From Octopus sinensis (taxonomy: Eukaryota), in NCBI RefSeq assembly GCF_006345805.1, contig NC_043018.1:6200001-6264000 (forward strand): a stretch of 64,000 nt of DNA, given 5' to 3'. The translations under genes and the position numbers were made by a program. Position 1 is the first letter of the stretch. Every line of letters begins with the position of its first letter. Of this stretch, positions 11,126-23,450 are shown piece after piece. Below the pieces are notes generated by a model, which saw only the letters and a list, made by a program, of their open reading frames with translations, had not been told where the DNA came from and did not search any database.

Positions 11126-11130
<5 letters not shown>
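10905..11130 (-). mobile_element. tRNA-derived SINE family B inside an (AAT)n array
   Basis: Same head and body as 9990-10390; AAT tracts on both sides. Confidence 0.85.
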
Positions 11131-11186
<56 letters not shown>

Positions 11187-11192
11187 TAATAG

Positions 11193-11223
<31 letters not shown>

Positions 11224-11394
11224 AATAATAATAATGATAATAATGATAATCACCATCGTCATCATCATTTGAAGTATGTTTTCCATGCTGGCATGAGTTG
11301 GTCAGTTTGACATCATGCTGGCCGGCCGGGGAGCTGTCCAGGCCCCAGTTGTCTATTGTGGCACGGTTGTTCTTCCTGACACTATTATTATAAT

Positions 11395-11552
11395 TATTAT
11401 GGTTGGCGTTAGGAAGGGCATCAAGCTGTAGAAATACTGCCAAATCAGACTGGAGCTTGGTGCAACCTCTTGGCTTCCCAGACCACGGTTGAACCGTCCA
11501 GTCCATGCTAGCATGGAAAGCAGACATTCAACGACGACGACGATGATGATGA
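11395..11552 (+). mobile_element. RTE 3'-end-derived short repeat
   Basis: GGTTGGCGTTAGGAAGGGCATC core and GAC/GAT tail. Confidence 0.8.
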
Positions 11553-11639
11553 TTCTAATGTCTTTTCTTTTTTTTTTGTTTTTTTGCAGATTACTTTATA
11601 CGGTAGAGGTTAAATCATATCAATTCAACTTTTTTTAAA

Positions 11640-11800
11640 AATGAATTTATATCAGACCCACATCAGGCAATGCATTGCATATGAATTAAAAAAGGGACTC
11701 TTTAGCAACAGAAGTGGCAAGAAATATTTGTTCTGTCCATGGAAATGAAACTTTAAATGTCCAGAAACTGGTGAATGGCTGATGATCAGAAGAGCATCAA
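11640..11800 (+). pseudogene. mariner transposase N-terminal relic
   Basis: HIRQCIAYELKKG..ATEVARNICSVHG across one frameshift, resembling the mariner HIRHxxLYEF N-terminus. Confidence 0.45.
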
Positions 11801-12109
11801 ACTATTGAAAATTTGCCTCAACGAATTTCATCTAACCCATGCAGGCATGGAAAAGTAGATGTTAAACTGGTGACAATAATGATGGTGAAGATGATGATGA
11901 TGATGATGATGACGATGATTGCTATAATGATGATGTTATATAAACATTAACCACGGTTTTAGTTGGCACCTGAGATAGATGAAGGAGGCGTAGGAAATGG
12001 AAAAAAATTATAAATTTATCAATAATTGTTTTTCCACTTGTCTTAACTTTATTGTCGCAGTGTAGTGAGGTGTTGTTATTACATTAATGCAGACTGAAAG
12101 CAGGATATT

Positions 12110-12121
12110 TGATGTCTTAGA

Positions 12122-12152
<31 letters not shown>

Positions 12153-13010
12153 GGTGGTGGCGGTGGTGGTGGTGGTGGTAGTGGTAGTGGAGATGATGGT
12201 GATGATGATGATGGTGACTGTGGAGGTGGTGGAGATATTAATGGTGATGTTATAATGACAATGATGATGATGATGATGTCGATGGTGATGATAATGATGA
12301 CGACGACAACGATGATAACAATTATGATGATGATTGTGGTGGTGGTGGTGGTGGTGGTGGTGGTGGATGATGATGACGATGATGATGATGACAGCTGTGG
12401 TGATGATGATGGCGACAATGGCAACAATGATGATGATGGTGATTGTGGTGGTGGTGATGGTGGTGGCAGCGGCGGCGATGGTGGTGGTAGTGGTAGTGGT
12501 AGATGATGATGATGATGATGATGATGGTGATGAGGATGATGATGGTGATGATGATGATGATGGTGATGATGGTGATGATGATGGTGATGGTGATGATGAT
12601 GATGGTGATGATGACGATGATGGTGACTGTGCAGGTGGTGGAGATATTGATGGTGATGTTATAATGACGATGATGATGATGATGATGTCGATGGTGATGC
12701 TAATGACGACGACGACAACGACGATAACGATTATGATGATGATGGTGATTGTGGTGGTGGTGATGACGACGATGACAATAACGATGACGACGATGACGAC
12801 GATGATGATGATGATGGTACTGATGGTGGTGGAGGTGGTTGTGGTAATGGAGCATGTTAATGGCAGTAACAGTGAAGGTAGCAGAGACAATGGTGATGAT
12901 GATGCTGATGATAATTACAGTGATAATAGTGATGATGATGATGATGATGATGATGATGACAGTTATGATGAGGAAAATTATGGTGCGAATACTGTTGCTG
13001 CTGCCACTGA
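12110..13010. repeat. (ATG)n/(GTG)n compound microsatellite with internal ~160-bp duplication
   Basis: Triplet array; ~12198-12350 recurs at ~12604-12765. Confidence 0.95.
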
Positions 13011-13019
13011 AGAACATGG

Positions 13020-13447
13020 TGATAATCCTTTCTACTATAGGCACAAATCCTAAAATTTGGTGATCGACCCCCAGTACACAACTGGTACTTAATTTATCGA
13101 CCGCAAGAGGATGAAAGGCAAAGTCGACCTCGGTGGAATTTGAACTTTGCCTTTCATCTTTTCAGGGTCGATTAAATAAGTACCAGTTATGCACTGGAGT
13201 CGATGTAATCGATTTGTCCCCTCAGTATTTAGCCCCCTGTGGACAATAAAGAAATATATATATATATATATAGACACACACACACACAAGTCCATTACCA
13301 GTGCTCAGATGGTAACTAGTTTATTAACCCTGAGAGCATGAAAAGCAAAGTCGACCTCGATGGGATTTGAACTCAGAACATAAAGATGAATAAAATGCTA
13401 CTAAGCATTTTGTCCTGTGCACTAACGATTCTGCCAGCTTGCTGCCT
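13020..13447. mobile_element. SINE family B cluster: inverted pair (13020-13255) plus minus-strand fragment (13290-13447)
   Basis: Minus-strand body flips to plus-strand body at GAATTTGAACT|TTGCCTTTCATC (~13146). Confidence 0.75.
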
Positions 13448-13706
13448 TCATATACACATATACATATGTACACACATATATTATATATATATATATATTA
13501 TATATATATATATATATAGTGAGAGAGAGAGAGAAAGAGAGAGAGAGAGATTAATTACCAGTGACAGAAGCAATATTAATACCAAAAGGTAATCTTTATA
13601 TTCGACTTAAAATGAATTGTCCATGACAGATGATGCTTATATATACATATATACACAAACATAACACCAGTTGACAAGCGGTGGTGGGGGACACACTAAC
13701 ACAGAC

Positions 13707-13739
<33 letters not shown>

Positions 13740-14121
13740 TGTATGTATGTATGTGTGTGTGTATATATATATATATATATTTAGTAGATGAGTTCAGCAA
13801 AAATTTAGATTCAGATGAATATGGTACTTAAGTTGAGGCACCAGAACCTAGTACGGTATTATCCATACAATTTCAAAGTAAGGTGACACACACACGCATA
13901 CATAGAAAATACACGGACATGCAAGTACATGAATATGCAGGATACATACATACAGATGCACACACATACATACATATATATATATATATATGCATACACA
14001 CACATATATACATACTTACACATGCATACATACATACACACATACATACATACATGCATGCATGCATAGGCACACACATACACACACACTGACCCCCACA
14101 CATGCGCACAAACAAACAAAA

Positions 14122-14284
14122 AGGAACACAGTGTAAATAACGGACAGAGTCAAGACTATTGAAAAGGTTGCAAGATGCAACGAAAATTTTAGGAAAATAG
14201 AAATAAGAAAAAAGTGGAAATTTTACCAGTGAGTGTGTTAAATTATAAGGCACAAAAAGAAAATAACTCTCCCCAGACACAACA

Positions 14285-14290
<6 letters not shown>
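14122..14290 (-). mobile_element. Single arm of the PLE-like family seen at 9385 and 44140
   Basis: Near-identical to 44401-44560. Confidence 0.7.
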
Positions 14291-14340
<50 letters not shown>

Positions 14341-15097
14341 GAGAGGGGAGAGAGAGAGAGATTAATTACTATTGACAGAAGCAATATTAATACCAAAAGG
14401 TAATCTTTACATTTGACTTAAAATGAATTGTCCATGACAGATGATGCTTATATATATACATATATACACAAACACACCAACACCAGTTGACAAGCGGTGG
14501 TGGAGGACATATATCTATATGTGTGCTTGCCTGTTCTAATAACCTTTCTTACTTTGCACTTCACTTTGTCCCTGTCTCTCCCTTTTCCCCACCACTCCCT
14601 CATTCTTCCGTCTATGCGCTCTCTCTCTCTTCTTCCCTCCTTAATTCCTTTGTTCCTCTTTTTCTCTCTCTTCTCTTCTCACATGACCATTGGCCGACTG
14701 CTGGCCTTTTTGCGTTTGGCCGCGGTCGCTGTCACATCAAAATCTTTCCTCTGCCGTAAGGCTTAATTCCCAACATGCCAACTGAATTCAATTCATCTCC
14801 AGTCGAAAGACACCTGTTGTTATGTCCTGTTATTATCATTATTATTTTTTTTTTGTATTAGTTCTGTATTTATTATATTCGTGTAACATCGTCCGTTTTT
14901 CCGTCCTTTTTTTCAAGGAATCTAATGCCCTTAGCTTAGTTTTTCCTTGGGGCTGGCCAGATTGGAGCGATCTCAAGATTAATCAGCCGAAACTGCGAGG
15001 ATGATCCGGTTCTTCACTGAAGATTAAAGGGTTCGAATGACCCGTCCGTGTTTTTCGTATCGTCTTCTAAATGTTTTGCGTTCTTGTCCCATTTTGT

Positions 15098-15120
<23 letters not shown>

Positions 15121-15130
<10 letters not shown>

Positions 15131-15318
15131 ATAGTAAAAAGTGAAAAAACTACAGAAGGCTTGTTTTAAAAGGTTAAAAAATATATATTTGAGTCAATAT
15201 GTCTGAAGGATGTTATAAATTTTTTTCATACAATGACGTAGTTTGACTCAAATATATATTTTTAACCTTTAAAACAAGCCTTCTGTAGTTTTTTCACTTT
15301 TTAACTATTTTCTATATA
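15121..15318. repeat. Fold-back, ~77-bp arms, ~45-bp spacer
   Basis: 15121-15197 is the reverse complement of 15243-15318 with few differences. Confidence 0.85.
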
Positions 15319-15344
15319 TTCAACCACGTGCTTTACAAACCCTT

Positions 15345-15346
15345 CT

Positions 15347-15421
<75 letters not shown>

Positions 15422-15685
15422 TACATATATATATGTGAGTGTAATTTGCAGACAGATACTGAAAGAGGCTGTTGTATATATATGTATATATATGTCCCAT
15501 TTTGTGGCATTATTTCAAGCAAGCCGGCATTTTTTGTGCAAAATGCACGTCAATTTTCTTGCGTATGCGTAGTATCGATCACAACAGCTGATGTACTTGC
15601 GCATACAAATGCACGTTCCCACGGCTTTATCGATCGTGTGCATATATATAATATGTATATATATATATAACATATAATAATATAC

Positions 15686-15716
<31 letters not shown>

Positions 15717-15745
15717 CATATATATATATACATATATCTATATAC

Positions 15746-15776
<31 letters not shown>

Positions 15777-16523
15777 CAATATATATCTATATATATATAT
15801 GTATGTATATATATATATATATGTATGTATATATATATATTATGTATGTATATATATATATATATGTATGTATATATATATATTATATATATATTATATA
15901 TATATATATATATATGTATGTATATGTATATATGTATATGTTTACATATATATGTACCAGATATTCTTAATATGCATGTAGAAAGTACACCATCTCACTA
16001 GTCTAGCTAATTATTAGGTATTTAATTATATATTTGTGGAGTGTGATTTATTTCAGAGGTTTATGTCTGTATCATATATATCATCTCAACATATGGCTCT
16101 TAGTTGAAATTTCCTAACTTAATTTCGGAATTGTTTGTGTGATATATACGCATCTGGTGTAAATGTAACTCCCCAACAAATACACACATATAAAACACTG
16201 TATGTTATACAGATATATTCATAAGCATAGATGCATACATACATACACAAGTATACACACACATATGGACATACACGCATACACACAAACACATATATAT
16301 ATAATGTATGCATATGTATTATGTATGAGTATACACATGTGAATATACATATATGTATATATATATATATATACGTTTAAATATTGGTGTGTGCAAGATT
16401 TTTTATTGCTAAACTGGCAATATGACCATTCCGAATATAACAATATTATATATTATATATAGATATATATATATATATAATATATATATATAATATATAT
16501 ATTATATATATATATATATAGTA

Positions 16524-16554
<31 letters not shown>

Positions 16555-16616
16555 TAATATATATATATATTATATATATATATATATATATGTATGTATA
16601 CATATACACATGTACA

Positions 16617-16657
<41 letters not shown>

Positions 16658-16715
16658 ACATATACACATGTACATATATGTATATATATATATATATATT
16701 ATATATTATTATATG

Positions 16716-16765
<50 letters not shown>

Positions 16766-16833
16766 TAATACATAATATATTATATATATACATATATGTA
16801 CATGTGTATATGTATGTGTGTATATATATATGT

Positions 16834-16865
<32 letters not shown>

Positions 16866-16973
16866 TCACATACATATACACATGTATGCCTACATCTATA
16901 TGTATGTATATGTATACATATATACACACATTCATACATACATATATTCATGTATATGCACATATATATATAT

Positions 16974-17020
<47 letters not shown>
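15345..17020. repeat. (AT)n / (ATGT)n microsatellite fields (main blocks 15345-15960 and 16440-17020)
   Basis: Low-complexity AT dinucleotide arrays. Confidence 0.9.
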
Positions 17021-17022
<2 letters not shown>

Positions 17023-17557
17023 GAATTGGGATATAATTAATAATTATGTCATGAACTTCATCTGCTTACAGCTGTCTCTTCTATAAAGTGCAGTGTACTC
17101 ATACGAGGTGGGTGACCCAAAAGGAACCAGAATTTTGCAATATTATATTATTCACTGAGTTTTACATATTAACACTTTTATCACCTTCGAAGTATTCTCC
17201 ATTTGCAGTAATGCATCAGTCCAAATGTGTTTTCCACTGTTCAAAGAGGTGCTGGAACTCTTGTGAAGTGATGCTTTTTAATGCCTCCATTGTCTTTTTT
17301 TCTGCACCTTTTCCACATCTGCAAATTCCGTAGCACCAGCTTTTGTCACCAGTTATGACCTTTGAAAAAAAAGGCCCGGGTCAACTTCCCACTGTTCTTT
17401 CAGTTCACAACATGCGTTCAGTCATGACTGGTTTTGATCTTCGGTGAGCAAGCAAGGCACAAAGTTTGCTAGAATTCTTTTCATTCGCAATTCCTCATTC
17501 AAAATTCATTGGCAGGATCTCCGGGACACTCCAGTCATATCAACAAGTTTGTCATTT

Positions 17558-18157
17558 AGAAAATTACTATTTTTTAAATCTCACAACATGAGATATTCAG
17601 CAACCGTACTTTGTAGTAAACACTGTTTGCCAACATAACATGGTAGTCCTGGTTTAGAACTAATGTGGTTGGACTACACTCTTGGAGTGGTTGGCGTTAA
17701 GAAGGGCATCCAGCTGTAGAAACTCTGCCAAATCAAGATTGGAGCCTGCTGCTGCCATCTGGTTCACCAGCCCTCAGTCAAAATCGTCCAACCCATGCTA
17801 GCATGGAAAGTGGACGTTAAACGATGATGATGATGATGTTGCTGTAAATAGTAATTTTCTAATTTATAAATCAGTGACTAGTTGTCACTTAGAAAACTGT
17901 ATATTTTGAACAGGAATTTGGCAGCACCACCTCTGGCCGAACAATTATTCTGTGCTGATGAGAGAAAATAACCCAGAAATCGCGTTACACATATATTGTT
18001 TTGAGCTGAATGGGGGTGCTAGATTCCTTTAAACGAAAATATAAGGAGACAAATCATGTCATATAGCCAGCTGGAGATGATGTCTCCTGGAGCTAAATTA
18101 CTGCAACATTAGTCCTAAACCAGGACTACCATCTTATGTTGGCAAACAATCTTTACT
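17558..18157 (+). mobile_element. Hammerhead-bearing non-coding insert with 15-bp TSD-like repeat and inverted arms; contains an RTE-tail repeat (17673-17838)
   Basis: ACAAGTTTGTCATTT at 17543-17557 and 18158-18172; inverted arms 17611-17668 / 18106-18161. Confidence 0.65.
17951..17991 (+). ncRNA. Minimal type I hammerhead ribozyme, degenerate
   Basis: TGTG-CTGATGA-gagaaaataaccca-GAAA-TCGCGT-TA-CACA; stem I is 4 bp; stems II and III each carry mismatches. Confidence 0.55.
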
Positions 18158-18404
18158 ACAAGTTTGTCATTTGTTGGGTGACGGTCCTCCATGATCAGTT
18201 CATGAATTTTCATAATGTTTTCATTTGTTTGGGAGGTCAACAGTCGCCCTGAACATGGTTGGTCTTCAAGCAACAAGTGACCATTCTGAAAGCATGGAAA
18301 CCACTCATAAACTTGTGTTTACTCGTGGTAGCATCTTTGTAAGCTGTTTGAAGCATCAAAACTGTTTTGGATGCTGTTAACCCCAAAAGAAAACAGGATT
18401 TAAG

Positions 18405-18640
18405 GCAGCAAGCTGGCAGAAACGTTAGCATGCAGGGCGAAATGCTTAGTGGTATTTCATCTGCTATTACGTTCTGAGTTCAAATTCTGCCAAGGTTGAC
18501 TTTGCCTTCCATCCTTCCAGGGTTGATAAATTAAGTACCAGTTACACACTGGGGTCGATCTAATCGACTTAATCCCTTTATCTGTCCTTGTTTGTCCTCT
18601 CTATGTTTAACCCCTTGTGGGCAATAAAAAAATAAGAAAA
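18405..18640 (+). mobile_element. tRNA-derived SINE family B
   Basis: AGCTGGCAGAAACGTTAGC head, TTCTGAGTTCAAATTC B-box-like motif. Confidence 0.85.
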
Positions 18641-18679
18641 CAGAATTTTATGGAAGCATGCTGTTCCTTCATTTCAGCC

Positions 18680-18910
18680 ATCCATGCTAGCATAGGTTGG
18701 ACGGTTCGACTGGGGGTCTGGTGTGCCAGGAGGCTGCACCAGGCTCCAGTCTGATCTGGCAGTGTTTCTACAGCTGGATGCCCTTCCTAACGCCAACCAC
18801 TCCGTGAGTGTAGTGGGGAATTTTTATGTGCCACCGGCACAGGTGCCAGGGGAGGCTGGCAGCAGCTACGATCGGTTGGTGCTTTTTACGTGCTACCGGC
18901 ACAGAAGCCA
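18680..18910 (-). mobile_element. RTE 3'-end-derived short repeat
   Basis: Reverse complement of the GAGTGGTTGGCGTTAGGAAGGGCATCCAGC core. Confidence 0.8.
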
Positions 18911-19189
18911 AATGAAGATGCATTTTGAGAAGGAACTGAAGACTCCAGTCCATTAGAAGGAAGAAAATCCACCATGTTGACAACTCGATTCTGCATTGGA
19001 AAAGACGATGGTAATGAGTTCCAGAGAACAGTAGTTTGAGGAAAGAAGCTAATGTAGGAAGCTCAACAGAGACACGATATGGCTGGGAAGAAGAGCAGGT
19101 AACATGTTTAAAGGTCATCACAGAAGGTACTAGACCAGTAAGTTCATCAGAGCAACCATCATTATCATCATCATTTAATATCCATATCC

Positions 19190-19482
19190 AAACGTGGCCA
19201 ATGCCAGTGCCACCTTGACTGGCTTCTGTGCCGGTGGCACGTAAAAAGCACCAACCAATCGTGGTCGTTGCCAGCCTCACCTGGCACCTGTGCTGGTGGC
19301 ATGTAAAAAGCAGCCACTACACTCACGGAGTGGTTGGCATTAGGAAGGGCATCCTGCTGTAGAAACACTGCCAGGTCAGACTGGAGCCTGGTGCAGCCTC
19401 CTGGCTTCCCAGACCCCGGTTGAACTATCCAACCCGTGCTAGCATGGAAAATGGACGTTAATCGATGATGATGATGATGATG
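19190..19482 (+). mobile_element. RTE 3'-end-derived short repeat, (GAT)n tail
   Basis: Same core and tail as 6178-6490. Confidence 0.85.
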
Positions 19483-19779
19483 GTCCATGCTGGCATGGTT
19501 TTTTATGGTTGGTTGCCCTTCCTAACACCAGCCATTTTTTACAATGTGTAGTGAGTGCTTCTGATGAACAAGTGGTTTTCTTGTGCCACCCATACTGTTG
19601 AAGTTGCCATGCGATTCACAGGACTAGGAAACCTGGGGAAGTGGTGATGGAGGGGGGTCAGCTTTATGCTAAGGGATGAGCTAGTTATTTTGATGTGGTG
19701 GTGGTGGTGGTGGTGGGGAGGAAGCATGTTCCTTCTGAGGAATCAGCATAGCTCTCTGCATCAATAACCATGGAAAAAC

Positions 19780-20216
19780 CGATGATGATGTTGTTGATGA
19801 TGATAAAGATGATAACAATGATGGCCATGATGATGTGATGATGAGGAGGATGACAACAACAATGGGGATGATGACGATAACAATGACGACGATATTGATG
19901 ATGATGATGAGGATGATGGTGATGATGATGAGGAGGAGGATTATAACAACGATGGTCTTAGTGATGATGATGAGGAGGAAGATTATGATTATAACAACGA
20001 TGGCCTTGATGTTGATGATGATGATGGGGATGATGATGATGATGGTGATGATGAAGATAATGATGACAACAACAACGATGATGACAATGACGATGGTGAT
20101 GATTACAGCGACGATGATGACGACATTGATGATGGTGATGACGATGATGATGTTTATGACATGATGGCAATAATGATGATGATGATAAAGATGCATGTGT
20201 GTACGTGTGTGTGTGT

Positions 20217-20252
<36 letters not shown>

Positions 20253-20892
20253 ACATGTGACTGAGTGTATATTCTTCTTCGTCTTGACATATGTGCAATG
20301 ACTATGAAATAAACGAAACAAACCTCACCATTCACATGACCAGCATCGTTTGTTTTGCAGTCCACCCCAAGAGCACGTCTGCAGCTCCTTGGCATGTTTT
20401 GACATGTTGTATAGTGATTGTAAACAAGAGAGACAAGCAGAGGGAAGAGAGAGAGGGGAGAGAGAGAGAGAGAGAGGGAGGGAGGGAGAGGGAGAGGGAG
20501 AGGGAGAGAGAGAGTTAATTAAACAATAAAAAATGTATCGTTGCTGTATGCAGTCCTTTTGCACACACACGGGTGTATGAGTTGTGTGTGTGTGTGCACG
20601 TATGTGGAGTGTGTGCATGTGCATCATATGTATGCAAATACGTATATATACATGCACATATATGCAGATATGTATATATATATATATTATGTATATACAC
20701 ATATATATATATATATACACATATATATATAAAAGTGTATCTATGTATGTGTGTGTGTATATATATAAATATATATATACATATATATATATATATATGC
20801 ATATATATAGGTAGATAAATAGATTAAACCACTGTATGTGTATTCAATGGCAAAATGGTGCCCCCACTTCCGAAGATACATACATTATATAC

Positions 20893-20944
<52 letters not shown>

Positions 20945-21050
20945 TATGTACATATGTATGTTTTATATATATGTGTGTGTGTATATGTATCTATATGTAT
21001 GTGTATATATGTATATATATATATATTTGTATATATGTAGGTCTATGTCT
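19780..21050. repeat. Microsatellite cluster: (ATG)n 19780-20190, (GT)n, (AG)n 20440-20515, (AT)n 20640-21050
   Basis: Direct inspection. Confidence 0.9.
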
Positions 21051-21233
21051 GTATATATCATTTTACGATTTTTTGACTGCTGTGTCGCCATTTTTCGGTG
21101 TATTTCAACCAGAAAAATGTTCGCTTAAAGAGAATAACAAGCTACATAATGCAAAACTTTTACTTTTCAAAAATTCCAATTCTAAAGGGTTGAAAAGAAA
21201 ACAAACCCGAGCAACGCCGGGCTATACTGCTAG
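20990..21233 (+). mobile_element. Non-autonomous Helitron (3' end clear, 5' end tentative)
   Basis: CCCGAGCAACGCCGGG hairpin followed by CTAG|T at 21230-21234, the same terminus as 47676. Possible A|TC start at 20990. Confidence 0.6.
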
Positions 21234-21323
21234 TACATATATATATATATATATATATATTTTTATAAAATTTATGAATAAATGAAAGAATGGAGTTGAA
21301 CGACAATTAACAAATTTCCTTTA

Positions 21324-21410
21324 TTTTTCGACATATGTTTCGAAGGCTGCATATTCCTAATTGTGAAGTAATAAGGAGTACATTATGCCGCTTTCTCTCA
21401 TCAGGAAAAA
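21324..21410 (-). ncRNA. Type I hammerhead ribozyme, intact core
   Basis: TTTTTC-CTGATGA-[GAG..GCGGCATA..TATGCAGCCTTC]-GAAA-CATATG-TC-GAAAAA: 6-bp stem I, palindromic stem III ACATATGT, GUC site. Confidence 0.85.
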
Positions 21411-21448
21411 CAAGGAATTTATGTCAACAACATCAAGATTCACAAAAA

Positions 21449-21530
21449 CTTTTTGATGAGAAAGCGGCATAATGTACTCCTTATTACTTCGCAATTAGGA
21501 ATATGCAGCCTTCGAAACATATGTCGAAAA
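21449..21530 (+). ncRNA. Inverted copy of the same hammerhead, truncated at the core (TTGATGA)
   Basis: Stem II, GAAA-CATATG-TC and 3' stem I retained; 5' stem I lost at the inversion junction. Confidence 0.6.
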
Positions 21531-21744
21531 TAAAGGAAATTTGTTAATTTGTCATTCAACTCCATTCTTTCATTTATTCATAAATTTTATAAAAATACAC
21601 ACAAATTTCCACACGAAAACACGTAGTCTCTGCCCTAGGCACATAACTTCAACCGTGATATTTCTGACGTGAATTTGCTACCCAGGTATCGGTTAAACGA
21701 ATTATCCATAAAAAGATATTTCATTTTTCTACTCAAATATATAT

Positions 21745-22360
21745 CATCATCATCATCATCATCGTTTAACGTCCGTTCTCCATGCTAGCATGGGTTGGAC
21801 GTTTCGACCGGGATCTGGGAAGCCAGAAGGCTGCCCCAGGCTCCAGTCTTATCTGGCAATGTTTCTACAGCTGGATGCCCTTCCTAACGCCAACCACTCC
21901 GTGAGTGTAGTGGGTGCTTTTTACGTGCCACCTACACAGGTGCCAGACAAGGCTGGCAACGGCCATGGTCGGATTGGTGCATTATACACATATGTATGTG
22001 TGTGTGTGTGAAAAATTGTAGTTGTGGCCAATGCCAGTGCCATGCCCGTGGCACATTAAAAGCACCGTTCAAGTGTTGCACCTCATGGAAGCAGTGACAG
22101 ATGACCCCTTGGCAATATACCGCTCTTGTGCAGACATGTCAAGCCAAGTGAGACTGTAGTCATGGCCGATGCTAGTGTCTGATCTGTGGCATGTAAGAGA
22201 CACTCACTGCACTCTCAGAGTGGTTGGCATTAGGAAGGGCATTCAGCCATAGAAACCTTGCCAAATCAGATTGGAACCTGGTGCAGCCCCACTGGTTTAC
22301 CAGTTTTCAGTCAAACCATCCAACCCATGCCAGCATGGAAAGCAGCCGTTTAATGATGAT
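21745..22360. mobile_element. Two RTE 3'-end-derived repeats, head to head (21745-21975 minus; 22020-22360 plus)
   Basis: Core motif and (GAT)n/(ATC)n tails on the outer sides. Confidence 0.8.
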
Positions 22361-22464
22361 GGTGTGTATGTGTGTGTGTGCATATATATTACATAAATAT
22401 CAATATATATCATATATGTATGTGTGTGTGTGTGTGTGTATATATATCTATATATCTATATATC

Positions 22465-22505
<41 letters not shown>

Positions 22506-22522
22506 GTGTATATATATATGTA

Positions 22523-22555
<33 letters not shown>

Positions 22556-22589
22556 CATCGTGACCCCCCCAGGCTATCATATGTTGCTA

Positions 22590-22669
<80 letters not shown>

Positions 22670-23187
22670 TATATATGATATATTTATTATATATGTGTGT
22701 GTGTTCATAAATATCAATATATATATCTGTAAGTATCTTGGAAAGCAGTGGGGGGTTATTAGTTTGTCCTTAGAAACACATGCACAGGCTTTATATCAGT
22801 TGATTATATTATTATTAATCAACTAGTTAACTAACTAGCCAATTAACTGATCGATACCTTGATTTGATTTTTCCTGTAATTAGGTGGATTGTCAAAGCCC
22901 TTTCATCACCGTTTGCAACCTCATCAAGGACATGGCCTCATTACTCCATGTCTATCAAGTTTTATGCAAAGTTGGTGTCAGGCATTTGTGTGTGTGTATG
23001 TGTGTGTGTGTGTGTGTGTGTGCATACGTGTGTGTGTGTGTGTGTGAGTATATTAGTGTATTCTTATAGTATGGAGTGTGGATGTATGTTTGATTCATCA
23101 GAGCTTGAAATCTGTGTGTGTGTGTGTGTGTATGTGTGTGTACATGCACGCATGCATGTGTGTGTAGATATGTGCATGTGTGTATCT

Positions 23188-23450
23188 GTATCATCTCTTG
23201 TGAAAGGTAGAAGAGTCCAGTTTGCTGGACATTGTTGTAGAGCTGAAAACGAGGTAATTTCTACTCTTCTCCTCTGGAAGCCATCTGGTTGCGATACCAG
23301 AGGGCGCACACTGTCCTAGCATGATGTAATCTCCAGGGATACAGGCATCCAGTGACAGGACCTCCGTAATGCTATGATGGACCGTGAAGTCTGGCGTAAC
23401 ATAGTAAATTCCATTGTCTCGACCACGGTCAAACAATGATGATGATGTGT
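23188..23450 (+). mobile_element. RTE-like LINE 3' fragment, (GAT)n tail
   Basis: SSLVKGRRVQFAGHCCRAENEVISTLLLWKP..DREVWRNIV; second copy at 59605. Confidence 0.75.

Larger units (their letters stand above)
17104..18420 (-). mobile_element. mariner relic, internally deleted, split by a 600-bp insert (17558-18157)
   Basis: N-terminal CFLLGLTASKTVLMLQTAYKDA (~18330-18400); C-terminal FADVEKV..TMEALKSITSQEFQ..FEQWK..CITANGEYFEGD (~17180-17330); TA|CGAGG terminus at 17102-17108. Confidence 0.85.
21258..21597. mobile_element. PLE-type fold-back (~145-bp arms) with a hammerhead in each arm
   Basis: 21258-21402 vs 21454-21597 near-perfect inverted. Related to the terminal repeats at 32770 and 34743 (shared GAATGGAGTTGAACGA). 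Confidence 0.85.

Noticed and set aside
14780-15060. CTGAA..GAAA and CTGAAGA motifs in an unclassified repeat-like segment
   Set aside because: Could not assemble a three-way junction.
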